Source: Candidatus Heimdallarchaeota archaeon | GTDB lineage: Archaea > Asgardarchaeota > Heimdallarchaeia > Hodarchaeales > Hodarchaeaceae | NCBI GenBank assembly: GCA_011364965.1 | Contig: RDOB01000002.1 | Coordinates: forward strand, 416,001 to 480,000 | Length of the DNA stretch: 64,000 nucleotides | Direction of reading: 5' to 3' | Shown here: positions 1 through 9,667 of the stretch, piece by piece | How positions within the stretch are numbered: position 1 is the stretch's first letter | Layout of the letters: each line of letters begins with the position of its first letter | Program-made: the position numbers and the translations under genes | The notes under the pieces: generated by a model | What the model was told of the DNA's origin: nothing | The model's database searches: none | Seen by the model: only the letters and a program-made list of their open reading frames with translations

Positions 1-1
1 A

Positions 2-808
2 ACATATATTTCGGCAGATGGAAAAGTTCAACGGCTGTCAATGAACAAGGCAATCAATAGTCCAATAGTATATGAATTTAGAGTATTTGAGGAATCAAGA
101 ACGCCACCATATATTTATTGTAGTTCTTCCACTCATACTGATATCCCATCCAATTATGTTGATCTAGTAATTACTGACCCTCCATATTCAGATAATGTAC
201 AATATGCTGAATTATCAGATTTTTATTATGTATGGCTTCGTATAGATCTTCAAGATCAGTATGCTTGGTTTAAACCAGAGTTCACCCCAAAAAACGATGA
301 AATTGTTAAAAATACTAAACGTGGAAAATCAAACCTCGACTACCAAAAAGGATTGATTGCTGTTTTTCGGGATATTTACCGGGTTTTAAAATCAGATGGT
401 CTATTAATATTTACATTTCATCATAAACAATTGAAAGCGTGGGGTGCACTAATGGAAAGCCTTATCCAAGCAAAATTTTCCATTATAAATGTTTATCCCG
501 TAAGAAGTGAAATGGTTACTAGTACACAAATACGAGGATCAAAAAGTATTGAAATTGATGCTATTTTTGTCTGTAAAAAGGCTTATTTTGAACCAAAATG
601 CATTGAATGGGATTCATTTGAATCTAATTTAATAACCAATACGAAAAAACGCATAAAGTCTTTTTCTAAGGAAAATACACTTTCCAAACAAGATCGAGCT
701 GTCATCAAAGTTAGTGAGAGTCTTAGATTAATATCTAAGCATTATCCACATATTTATGAAAAACGGACTCACATTTCAATAATTGATATTCTCGAACGGA
801 TATTTTAA
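2..808 (+). CDS. Adenine-specific DNA methyltransferase (DUF1156-like), C-terminal part; 5' end lies outside the window
   Basis: Motif IV VITDPPYSDNVQYAELSDFYYVWLR and RVLKSDGLLIFTFHH; frame is open from position 2 through the ATG at 41. Confidence 0.85.
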   Translation, partial: TYISADGKVQRLSMNKAINSPIVYEFRVFEESRTPPYIYCSSSTHTDIPSNYVDLVITDPPYSDNVQYAELSDFYYVWLRIDLQDQYAWFKPEFTPKNDEIVKNTKRGKSNLDYQKGLIAVFRDIYRVLKSDGLLIFTFHHKQLKAWGALMESLIQAKFSIINVYPVRSEMVTSTQIRGSKSIEIDAIFVCKKAYFEPKCIEWDSFESNLITNTKKRIKSFSKENTLSKQDRAVIKVSESLRLISKHYPHIYEKRTHISIIDILERIF

Positions 809-1593
809 TCTTCCAATCTCTTTTCTTTTTCGTAAATCCATCTTGTTAAGTACATGAAAGGCGTATCGATAATTCCAAGAATCCACTTCATAATTATTTG
901 TCCCACAATGAGTGTAACAATCACATCGATTGGTAATACTAAAATGGAAGCAGAAGAATCAAAAATTGCTTGTATGCTAGGCAAAATAAAGAAGGCCAAT
1001 GGTATAAAGAGAAAAGAGTCAATTCCTAGACTTAATATATCACTAAATACATTTCTAACCCATAAGAACTTCCACCAATCTCTAGATTCTGTTTTTATTT
1101 CGAAATATTTCTTCAAATTATCATAAATCCATGCATCAAATCGTTCACTTACAAAAAAACTAATCCAAGATGCTAAAGTAATAGCGGGGACTATTGCAAA
1201 ACTTAATAATGGATCATATGGCAAATATGTGTTTTCTGGCATTGGAAGCACAATAGCAAATGCTAAAGAGATAACCAGAATAATTTGAGTGATTAGGGCG
1301 ATCCAGATCATTTCGTATACCGCTTTCCGTCCAAATTTTTCATTTACCATGTCCGTTATTTGTAATGTAAAAGGAAAAACTAGTACACCTGCTGGCGCTA
1401 CTACTTGAAATAACCCAAAATCAAACCAAGTTTGACTTTTAGCAGCGAAAAACTGGGCTATTGTTAAAAATAAAATATAAATTCCGAGTAGCATATGATA
1501 TGAGTCTTTTTTTACAGTGTACCAAGCTCCGATATATGAAACTCCTCCTAGTAGGAAAAATATACCAAAACTAACTATTAACCCTTCAAACAT
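805..1593 (-). CDS. yhhQ: Queuosine/archaeosine precursor (preQ0/preQ1) transporter, YhhQ/Vut_1 family
   Basis: GVLVFPFTLQITDMVNEKFG, ASWISFFVSERFD, RNVFSDILSLGIDSFLF and DTPFMY match the family signature; multi-TM. Confidence 0.88.
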   Translation of the reverse strand: MFEGLIVSFGIFFLLGGVSYIGAWYTVKKDSYHMLLGIYILFLTIAQFFAAKSQTWFDFGLFQVVAPAGVLVFPFTLQITDMVNEKFGRKAVYEMIWIALITQIILVISLAFAIVLPMPENTYLPYDPLLSFAIVPAITLASWISFFVSERFDAWIYDNLKKYFEIKTESRDWWKFLWVRNVFSDILSLGIDSFLFIPLAFFILPSIQAIFDSSASILVLPIDVIVTLIVGQIIMKWILGIIDTPFMYLTRWIYEKEKRLED

Positions 1594-1628
1594 ACTTTTT
1601 AAACTCCTTTTTCATCATCCAGTATTAA

Positions 1629-1796
1629 TCATCCTTGTCGTTTGTCGATCGCGTCAAGATCATCAAGTAATTTTCGTAATGCGGTACGAACTGCATCACT
1701 GAGCGAAACAAATTTCTTATCGTCCCCAATATGATTTTTAATGTCGTCTAGAATATGTTGAGGAACATCAACTGAGATTTTAGGAATATTAAACAT
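1629..1796 (-). CDS. Ribbon-helix-helix (CopG/Arc/MetJ) regulator, 55 aa, absent from the ORF track
   Basis: Manual translation MFNIPKISVDVPQHILDDIKNHIGDDKKFVSLSDAVRTALRKLLDDLDAIDKRQG; beta strand KISVDV, helix, then FxSxSDAVRxAL RHH motif; 35 nt upstream of yhhQ on the same strand. Confidence 0.85.
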   Translation of the reverse strand: MFNIPKISVDVPQHILDDIKNHIGDDKKFVSLSDAVRTALRKLLDDLDAIDKRQG

Positions 1797-1934
1797 CTCC
1801 AAATGAATACAAAGACGTATGATATTCGTGAGATATTCCCAGGGTATTCTTATATGTATTGCTTAAGTCAAATCAATTGCTAGAATGACTAAAATGTTAA
1901 ATTCAGTGATAATGTAATTTCCTTTGAATTGAAG

Positions 1935-2474
1935 TTAAATTTCCCCTTTGATTTCTAGAACCATTCGTCGAAACTTCATGAGTTCCTCCCCTTTTAATAA
2001 TCCACGGGAAAATTCATCTTCAGTTATCCGCTCATTTTTCTTTAAAGACAACAAAATCGCTTTAAACTCATCCCAACTCATTCTAGAGCTTTGAAGTGCT
2101 AACCAAGCTTCTCTATAACTTTTCGGGGTGATATTTATTATCTTGCGTTGAGTAATGAAATTCTTGGCCCTTTTAAGAGCTCTATAATATGTATCATCCC
2201 CAATCTCATCGTTTATAAGTTGTTTATAGACCAATGCCTTGAATTCCTTATACGATATTAGATGGTTTTCAAGTTTCATCCAAGCAATAGCATAGGATTT
2301 CGGTCTACCTACGTGCTTTTTTGAAATATACGAATATGTACTTAATGCAGAGAGGACATCATCAGGTGAAAGATTTGAGATTAGTTTCTCACATTCATTT
2401 TTTAAAGCCTCATTCCATCCATTTTTTGTTTTTAAAAATAAAATTAGCGAATTAGGCCCTCCTTGGGATATCAT
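1935..2474 (-). CDS. Hypothetical helical protein with a tandem 59-aa internal repeat
   Basis: PKSYxxAWxxLxxxxxSxxEFKA...IxxDxxxRxLxx occurs twice (aa 58 and aa 117); GAGG upstream of the ATG. Confidence 0.7.
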   Translation of the reverse strand: MISQGGPNSLILFLKTKNGWNEALKNECEKLISNLSPDDVLSALSTYSYISKKHVGRPKSYAIAWMKLENHLISYKEFKALVYKQLINDEIGDDTYYRALKRAKNFITQRKIINITPKSYREAWLALQSSRMSWDEFKAILLSLKKNERITEDEFSRGLLKGEELMKFRRMVLEIKGEI

Positions 2475-2641
2475 ATTACCTCAACCCTAGAATCATTGCA
2501 TTTTATATTTATTGTAAGAGATATAAAACTCTTACGGAGATATTTGTATTTAACAAGAAGTAAAATTCCAGTATATAAATAGAAAGAATGTAAGTGAAAC
2601 ACAGAAAAAATAATTGAAAATTGTAAAAATAGGGGAAAATA

Positions 2642-3808
2642 ATGAATTTCACAATAGCTCTCTTACTTGATCTTTTACAAGGTGTTGCATTTGTCACATT
2701 AATGACAGTAGCAGCATTTGAGTAATACAAGTTATATCAAAAATACCCATTTCAAGGATTACGATTATTTTTCTGGGATCTTTTACTATCTACAGCTGCT
2801 GTTTTAACAGTAGTGATTATTATCGTTTTACATGTCTTCGAAATTGATATTCTTATAAAAGAATTGTTAATAAACAATTATAAGATTATTTATTCAATCG
2901 GTACAATTGGGATTGGAGCTTTTGCCTTGGGAATATATGCAATAAGACCCCATGAGAATGAAAAGGGTTGGTCAAGGACACAAATTTTTATTGGAGGGAT
3001 TGGTGGATTTACTGTAGGTTTAATATTTCTAACATTGTCTTACTCTTGGTTAGATACAAACGACTTCAAGAATGGGGATATTTTTATTGAGTATAACATT
3101 TTTGTGAGTATTGGAATCTTACTATTGGTTCTTTTGATTGGTATAAATGGACTAAGACATTACTCCTTTATTAATCGATTAAGGGAATTTCAGAGAAGAC
3201 CAGTCGAATTTGATACGAATTGGCCGCCACTTGCATATTTTTCAACGATTTGCTCTGTCATTGTACTTTTTCTCCAGTGATTGCCAATAATAGAAAGTTT
3301 CCAACTTTCTCTTACCTTTGCTATACCATTGAGTTTAGCCGCGTTCGCTTTTACAAAAACTTTTCGGAAATATCCCTCTTTATTGACAATAACAATCGCA
3401 AAATTAGATTCATTAATTATAATCAGCTCTTCTGGGATTCCATTGTTTGCTTATGATTTTAAGGAAAGGGAAGGGAATTTAGATGGTTTGGCGATTATGC
3501 TAGGTAGTGTTCTTTCAACGTTCAATATCAGTCTGTGTGAAACTCTAGATAGCGATTCTAGCTTGCTTACTATTGCTTTTCAAAATAAGGTCATTTTAAT
3601 TGACTCTGAATATAAATTCTCGATTTATTTAATATGTTCAGAGAATAATATAATAATCGCTGATTTAATAACTTTATTCGCCCAAAGATTCACGCAAAGA
3701 TTTTCTATATTTATGGACAAAGAGCTAGGCCTAACTTCAAAAGAAAAATTTCGTGATTTTTCAAAAATTGTGGAAGTACTTGCGCAATTCGCTCCACTCT
3801 GTTATTAA
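2642..3808 (+). pseudogene. Multi-TM membrane protein with C-terminal longin-like domain, interrupted by two in-frame stops
   Basis: One reading frame from ATG 2642 (AGGGG upstream) to 3808 with TAA at 2723-2725 and TGA at 3278-3280; C-terminus LIIISSSGIPLFAYDF...LGSVLSTFNISLCETL...TIAFQNKVILI...FAQRFTQRF fits a longin/profilin-like fold. Confidence 0.72.
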
Positions 3809-3813
3809 AAGCT

Positions 3814-4221
3814 TTATTTAGAATAAATATATTTTCCTGCAGCGAGGTTTTTAAGATCGATCAGAACTTTATTTGGAATATGATCAATATGCTTAAGTTT
3901 GGCTTCTTCAATTCGTAACTTCTTCAAATTTTCCGCTAATTCCCTCATTACCTCATTAAAATCTTTCAAAAGATAAACATCAATTAATTCTGGAGCATGA
4001 TGCATGATCTCAAGACGTGCTTCTGGGATATAGATAACTCCTCTTCTAACAAGTCTAAATATATGAGAGACTAAGCAACTTAACTCTTCTGGTTTTGTAA
4101 CTCCTACAAGGGAAGTTATCAAATTTAAAGTTTGTCTTTCTGCTTGTCGAAAGGCTGATACGATTAATACTTCCCAAGCTAGATCTTCCACTAAGGGATC
4201 AATGTCTTGAGTATTCATCAA
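3814..4221 (-). CDS. Hypothetical protein (possible winged-helix plus coiled coil)
   Basis: 135-aa ORF; LVSHIFRLVRRGVIYI resembles a wHTH helix-wing, followed by a heptad-rich helix. Confidence 0.55.
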   Translation of the reverse strand: MMNTQDIDPLVEDLAWEVLIVSAFRQAERQTLNLITSLVGVTKPEELSCLVSHIFRLVRRGVIYIPEARLEIMHHAPELIDVYLLKDFNEVMRELAENLKKLRIEEAKLKHIDHIPNKVLIDLKNLAAGKYIYSK

Positions 4222-4497
4222 TGATATAGCTGTAGAAATTATATAAATGAGCTTCTAGATAAGTCTTCCGTAGAATACGAGAATAATACTTCCTGATCAA
4301 ACATAATAAATTCAGAAAAATGAATTTAAGTAATCTGGAATCTATTTCAATAATAATTCAAAGAAAGTTCTAAGTAAGGGAGTATTCTCTCTTCATTGGT
4401 TTATATACTATAAACATTACTAGCAAGGAGTTATCATGGCCAGTTACTATTTAAACTCTATTAATATCACCAAAAATATTAGTTCGGTGCACTGTTA

Positions 4498-5163
4498 ATG
4501 CAATCGGAGATATTTAAGTTATTACTGGAAAATTATCCTAGAATGGATCCACATCATGAAACATGGGAATTATGGATGAAACCAAACAAGACCAACTTTG
4601 AATTCTATGAAGTTGCAATTGGAACAATACTCGTTCAGAATACTAATTGGACAAATGTGAATAAAGCAATAAATAATCTAAAAAATAATTCTATTACTAG
4701 CTTCAAACAGATGGTTGAATTAAATAAAGACGATTTAATTGATTTAATAAAACCTGCAGGATTTTACAGACAAAAAGCAGAATATTTACTTATTCTGAGC
4801 AATAAAATGATAGAATTACTACAAAACAGAACCATTCCAAACCGTAGTCAATTACTTGATCTGAAAGGAATAGGAAATGAGACTGCTGATTCACTCCTAG
4901 TTTACTGCTATCAACAAGCAAGCCCCATCATTGGAACTTATACACGCAGATTTTTCGCGAGGAATGAGGGGAGTGTAGTTTATTATACTATGAGATATAA
5001 TGACTTTCAATATGAGATTGAAACTCTCTTAGGGTTAGATTTCGAAATTCTTGGTCGATTTCATGCTCTCGTTGTATGTCACTGCCAAAATTTGTGTCAT
5101 AAATTGAAACCGATGTGTAAGAATTGTTTCCTTACAAACACTTGCCAAAATTCAATTTTTTAG
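4498..5163 (+). CDS. HhH-GPD base-excision glycosylase, endonuclease III-related, with 4Fe-4S cluster
   Basis: IGTILVQNTNWTNV, IKPAGFYRQKA, HhH LKGIGNETADS, C-terminal CHKLKPMCKNCFLTNTC. Confidence 0.88.
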   Translation: MQSEIFKLLLENYPRMDPHHETWELWMKPNKTNFEFYEVAIGTILVQNTNWTNVNKAINNLKNNSITSFKQMVELNKDDLIDLIKPAGFYRQKAEYLLILSNKMIELLQNRTIPNRSQLLDLKGIGNETADSLLVYCYQQASPIIGTYTRRFFARNEGSVVYYTMRYNDFQYEIETLLGLDFEILGRFHALVVCHCQNLCHKLKPMCKNCFLTNTCQNSIF

Positions 5164-5206
5164 GAAAAGTGTATTATTCTCTTATGATATGCTATCTTAT
5201 TTCAAT

Positions 5207-5734
5207 TTATTCGGCTGTAAGAATGTCCAAAAGGAGTTCATCAATCCATTGCCCATTTCGGAAAATTGCTTGCCTTCTCCTTCCCATTTCTTGAAACCCA
5301 ACTTTTTTATAGCACGCTCGAGCTCGTAAGTTATTTTCAAATACAGTAAGGCCGATCGAGTGTAAATTAAGAGATTTAAAACCGAAATTTAAAATCACTT
5401 TTAAAGCATCAGATCCATATCCCTTACCCCAATATCCAGGATTAAAAATAGCAATTCCAATCAATCCCCTCCTATTGATTTGGTTTTCAATGCTTATTTC
5501 TACATTTCCTATATATTTATATTCTTCAGAATTAACAGTGATAGCAAAAATATAATCTTTTCCTTCTACTCGGCGCCTCCAAGTATTTCGAATCCAAGCT
5601 TCCTCTTCTTCGCGAGAATGTGGTATAATTGTAAATAAGAATTCACGAACATCTTCTCTATTCCAATATTTCATTAATTCATCCAAATCAGTTACTTCTA
5701 ATCCTCTTAATGTGACTAAATCTCCTTTATACAC
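5207..5734 (-). CDS. GNAT N-acetyltransferase, RimJ/RimL family
   Basis: YWGKGYGSDA acetyl-CoA motif; LNLHSIGLTVFENNLRARACYKKVGF. Confidence 0.9.
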   Translation of the reverse strand: MYKGDLVTLRGLEVTDLDELMKYWNREDVREFLFTIIPHSREEEEAWIRNTWRRRVEGKDYIFAITVNSEEYKYIGNVEISIENQINRRGLIGIAIFNPGYWGKGYGSDALKVILNFGFKSLNLHSIGLTVFENNLRARACYKKVGFQEMGRRRQAIFRNGQWIDELLLDILTAE

Positions 5735-5926
5735 TCATTTCACCAATAGATTCTAATTGTACCGAATTAAGTTTTTACTATTTTCTTATTCTTTACTCAA
5801 GTTACTGATAATAAGCAATTTGTAACAGGATTAGTTAAAAAAATATTTATCTCAACCATCTTCTAACTTATCTTAAGATTAATTTTTGGTAAATCACCTA
5901 ATAATCGTAAGGCGGAAGATGAATTA

Positions 5927-6385
5927 ATGAATCTGGAAGAATTCATTAAAGAAAATGGATTAGCTGCTGAAATTATAAATACTATGTCCCCCACACTTAC
6001 AGTTGAACAGAGTTTTAAATTTTTTAAATGCAATGCAGATGATATTTTGAAATCAATTGTAGTAGTTACTGATGAAGGAGAATACTATCTAGTAATTTTG
6101 CAGGGAGATAGGAGGATAAAAACAAAAAAGCTTAAACAATTATTAAAAGTTCGAGATCTAAGATTAGCTTCTCCCAAGCAGGTTGAGGCCGTATCTGGCT
6201 ATAAAATTGGAAATGTCCCTCCAATTAGTGTAAATCTTCCAGTTATCGTTGATGAATTAGTGGTAGAAAGAGATAGGATTTTTTATGCAGGAGGAGGAGC
6301 AGCCTCTCGAAGTATAAAAATTGAATTGAATGAATTATTGGATTGTACGCATCCTCTTATTGCTGATGTGTCTACTCCTCTATAA
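5927..6385 (+). CDS. YbaK/EbsC family aminoacyl-tRNA deacylase
   Basis: ILKSIVV, RLASPKQVEAVSGYKIGNVPP, YAGGG. Confidence 0.88.
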   Translation: MNLEEFIKENGLAAEIINTMSPTLTVEQSFKFFKCNADDILKSIVVVTDEGEYYLVILQGDRRIKTKKLKQLLKVRDLRLASPKQVEAVSGYKIGNVPPISVNLPVIVDELVVERDRIFYAGGGAASRSIKIELNELLDCTHPLIADVSTPL

Positions 6386-6397
6386 AATGGGTTATGA

Positions 6398-6559
6398 ATG
6401 ATAATAAAATGTTTATTCTTTGATCATTCATATAAATTAATATCTAGGGACTTGATTAAATCTACTAAAGGTAGATTCACAAAGCAAGAATATGATGAGA
6501 GAATAAAATATCAATGTAAACGATATAGCAAGAAACTAGTTCAAGAAGAGCATTATTAA
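6398..6559 (+). CDS. Possible 53-aa small protein (degenerate zinc-ribbon-like), absent from the ORF track
   Basis: MIIKCLFFDHSYKLISRDLIKSTKGRFTKQEYDERIKYQCKRYSKKLVQEEHY; starts 12 nt after the ybaK-like stop and fills the gap. Confidence 0.3.
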   Translation: MIIKCLFFDHSYKLISRDLIKSTKGRFTKQEYDERIKYQCKRYSKKLVQEEHY

Positions 6560-6575
6560 GATAGGATAATTCTCC

Positions 6576-7607
6576 CTAAGACATTTTATATCCTCTTGCT
6601 CTTCTAATCCCCATATGAGTTAGGCGATTAATAACTTGGTGTAATTCAAGGGATTTAAATTTCTGTTTTTGCTCTATCAAAGTCAATTCTGCAAAATAAT
6701 CTTGCATTGCAGGAGCAAGATCTGTAATTATTGATTTCGGTACTTTTCTCCACTTACGTACAACTTTCTGGAAACTTAATAACTTTCTAGGATTATTAAT
6801 GACAAAACTATTTTGATCAGTTGTAATAAAATCCATTCCTGAAATGGAATGGCTACCAAAAACTAAACGAGCAGGATAGGCTTGAAATAATAAACGACAA
6901 TATGTAACAACTACAGAAGAAAACGCGCTTATCAAAGCAGCATCTACTGGCGAATTATAATCCATATATATATGAGCTCCAGAATTCGAGTGAATAATGC
7001 CCCATGGTTCCCCTGGTAGAGTGGTAGATATATAACGTTCGAACAGCTCTTTCAAGAGGGCGTGAAAAAATAATAATTCTTCAATTGACATAGCAGAAAA
7101 AGAACATTCTCCATTCCCAACTGAAACATTTTCATTGAAGGTTACTGCCTTTACAGATTCTTGAAAAAGAGAATCGACTACCGATCTATCAATTATTTCT
7201 TCTTGTGAATAGAAATGCGCATAGATAACGGAAGCTGTACCAGCTAGAATGCTTCGCATATCATCAAGGTGCGGGATTGGATCGTCCTCAATCTCAATCT
7301 TTTTTATCAATCTTGTGGTTACGAGTGGATCTGAGATAACAATGTTATATTTATCTTGTAAATTGACAATCATGATGTCATCTGCTTGACTTGGGTGTGG
7401 GCGAGGGTAACGTAATCGAATCATGCCGATTCCTTCCCCCCATATCTCAGCTCCTAATTTAGAAAGCGCATTTACGAAATCAACTGTCTGGAGCATTTTA
7501 GTTTCGTCAATGTCTCCAAAATGCCATCTAACATCATTCTCTGCAGTAAGTATGGCCCAATTATTTAGATATAAACGTCTTTGGGGTATTTGCACAGCTA
7601 TATTCAC
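6576..7607 (-). CDS. Hypothetical protein with two putative longin/roadblock-like domains
   Basis: N-terminal WAILTAENDVRWHFG...FVNALSKLGAEIWGEGIGMIRL and C-terminal WGIIHSNSGAHIYMDY...LISAFSSVVVTYCRLLF both show a beta-hairpin/helix/beta pattern. Confidence 0.55.
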   Translation of the reverse strand: MNIAVQIPQRRLYLNNWAILTAENDVRWHFGDIDETKMLQTVDFVNALSKLGAEIWGEGIGMIRLRYPRPHPSQADDIMIVNLQDKYNIVISDPLVTTRLIKKIEIEDDPIPHLDDMRSILAGTASVIYAHFYSQEEIIDRSVVDSLFQESVKAVTFNENVSVGNGECSFSAMSIEELLFFHALLKELFERYISTTLPGEPWGIIHSNSGAHIYMDYNSPVDAALISAFSSVVVTYCRLLFQAYPARLVFGSHSISGMDFITTDQNSFVINNPRKLLSFQKVVRKWRKVPKSIITDLAPAMQDYFAELTLIEQKQKFKSLELHQVINRLTHMGIRRARGYKMS

Positions 7608-7810
7608 GTACCGTTTGAAAATTTTAACTATTTAATTGAACTCGCCTTGATTCTGTTTGGATATTTAGTATTTTTTTAATCAAGAATTAATAACTTTCCA
7701 AATTTGTTAATTAGATTCAAATAAAAATCTTTCAATTATCGAGGTTTCGAATAACACCTATTTTAATTAAGATAAAAATTTGCGTTTTTAAACAAAGGAA
7801 TGGACTTAGA

Positions 7811-9181
7811 ATGACCGAAACTACTTCTTTAACAGAAACTGACATATTAGTTGTAGGTGGGGGCCCCGCGGGTGTCATTTCAGCTTTAACTGCAGCTAAA
7901 AAAGGAAATAGGGTAATGTTGGTTGATGCAAAATCCTATGAAGAAATAGGCAATAAGACATGCGGAGATGCTGTAAATCTCGGTCCACTGAATTTTTTGA
8001 AGGAAAATCTTGGACTGGAAATGCCTTCAGGAGAAGAAGTAGCTGATACTGTCGAATCTATGGTTTTCGAGACAAAAAATGTTGCATATCCAATGTACGG
8101 GGATGGCTTTGTATTAAACCGGCATCCATATGGTCAAAGACTCCTAAAAGAAGCAGAAGAATATGGAGTCGAAGTAAGATCAAATACAAAAGCTGTTCGT
8201 GCGCTTACACTCAATGGAACAGTGGTTGGAGTTGTAGTTAAAGAGAATCGTGCGAAAGAGTACGAAATTAGAGCGAAGATTACAATTGATTGTTCAGGAA
8301 GGAATTTTCAAATAAGGAAATCTCTCTCTGATTCAGAGTTTCCACTCTTAGAAAAAAACATGGAAAAAAGAGACATTGCTGCGTCATATCGTGAAATAAT
8401 TCAGCTAAAAGATGATCATCCGTATGGTAACAAAATAGTTCTACAATTTCGCAACGAAATTCCTGAACCTGGGTATTTCTGGATTTTCAGTAAAGGTCCT
8501 AAGCGATTAAATCTCGGTATTGGATGGTATTTAGATACACAAGTAGAAAAGGGGATGAAGGAACTTTTCTGGGAAGTCTTACATAAATATTATCCTTCTG
8601 GAACATATGAAGTAGAGGATGCTGGGGGATATACAATTCCTGCAAGATATCCCTTACTTAATGCGGTTGCTTCGGGGTTTATTACAGCTGGTGATGCTGC
8701 TTTTCATGTAAATCCTTTAACTGCAGAGGGTCATGGGTCTGCATTGGTAGCAGGATATTTCGCAGGGCTAACTGCTGCTGAAGCCATTGAATCATCGGAC
8801 TTATCACAAATGGGTTTATGGCAATATAATGAACGAATTATGAAGCATTTTGGATTAAGTCATGCAAAGATTCAGCTTTTTACTGAAGCATTAAATACAG
8901 TAAAAGTATCTGGTTTAGAATTTGTGCTAAAAAGAAATATCCTTACTCAAGATCAGTTTGTTGGCCTATATGGGGGGAAAAGCATGGGCGCAATCGAATT
9001 AATAAAGATTCTAATCAAAATCTTTCCAAGATACAATTTATTGAATGTGCTTTATAGAATTTCAAGAGGCGCTAATTACTTTGAAAAATTATTTGATAGA
9101 TACCCGTCCACTCCTGAAGATTATTTACCTTGGAAAGCTGAATTTGATAAAAAAATGCAAGAAATCCGTCAAGCTCATTAA
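7811..9181 (+). CDS. Geranylgeranyl reductase family flavoprotein (DGGGPL reductase-like)
   Basis: VVGGGPAG FAD motif, KTCGDA, PGYFWIF, GDAAFHVNPLTAEG. Confidence 0.9.
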   Translation: MTETTSLTETDILVVGGGPAGVISALTAAKKGNRVMLVDAKSYEEIGNKTCGDAVNLGPLNFLKENLGLEMPSGEEVADTVESMVFETKNVAYPMYGDGFVLNRHPYGQRLLKEAEEYGVEVRSNTKAVRALTLNGTVVGVVVKENRAKEYEIRAKITIDCSGRNFQIRKSLSDSEFPLLEKNMEKRDIAASYREIIQLKDDHPYGNKIVLQFRNEIPEPGYFWIFSKGPKRLNLGIGWYLDTQVEKGMKELFWEVLHKYYPSGTYEVEDAGGYTIPARYPLLNAVASGFITAGDAAFHVNPLTAEGHGSALVAGYFAGLTAAEAIESSDLSQMGLWQYNERIMKHFGLSHAKIQLFTEALNTVKVSGLEFVLKRNILTQDQFVGLYGGKSMGAIELIKILIKIFPRYNLLNVLYRISRGANYFEKLFDRYPSTPEDYLPWKAEFDKKMQEIRQAH

Positions 9182-9246
9182 AACATAAGAAATCGGAATT
9201 TTAGATAGTGACCCGAGAAAGGAGTTTTTAGGAAGGAGTCTTTTCT

Positions 9247-9384
9247 TTAGACTCTTCGCTTATTAATTGGAACATAGCTTTGTGTTTTTACTCGGTTAGC
9301 TTTTTGTACTGGATAGAATAAAGATCCAAAAATTGAACCTAAAAACGCGGTATTATTAAAATTTTTAGAATTGATTTTTTTCAT
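9247..9384 (-). CDS. Putative 45-aa basic small protein, absent from the ORF track
   Basis: MKKINSKNFNNTAFLGSIFGSLFYPVQKANRVKTQSYVPINKRRV with a strong AAGGTGA RBS 7 nt upstream and TTTATA-like boxes further upstream. Confidence 0.5.
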   Translation of the reverse strand: MKKINSKNFNNTAFLGSIFGSLFYPVQKANRVKTQSYVPINKRRV

Positions 9385-9667
9385 TTTTATTTCACCTTAA
9401 TTATTTATTTTTTAAAATGCAAATTGAAATTAATTTTGTCTATAAACGTGAAATCCTTGTATAAAGCTTCCACACCCAATATCCCTCACTGACTTGTGTC
9501 AATGGTCATCATTTGGAATTCACAAGTCTTTTAGACGTTCATTTTCTCTTTATCTTGCCTTTGAACATCCCTTAAAATAATTTTTAAAACTTAAGTCATT
9601 AGTAATAATTATTTAGAGGGTGTATTAGGGTCATATCTTCTTAAAAGCATATTATTTATGCGAAAAA

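Noticed and set aside
3278-3280. In-frame TGA as selenocysteine or programmed readthrough
   Set aside because: The same gene also has an in-frame TAA (2723-2725), the context is a TM segment where Trp fits, and no SECIS-like hairpin was recognised; decay or sequencing error is simpler
6459-6477. AATCTACTAAAGGTAGATT resembles a Cas12a direct-repeat stem
   Set aside because: Single copy, no spacers, no cas genes
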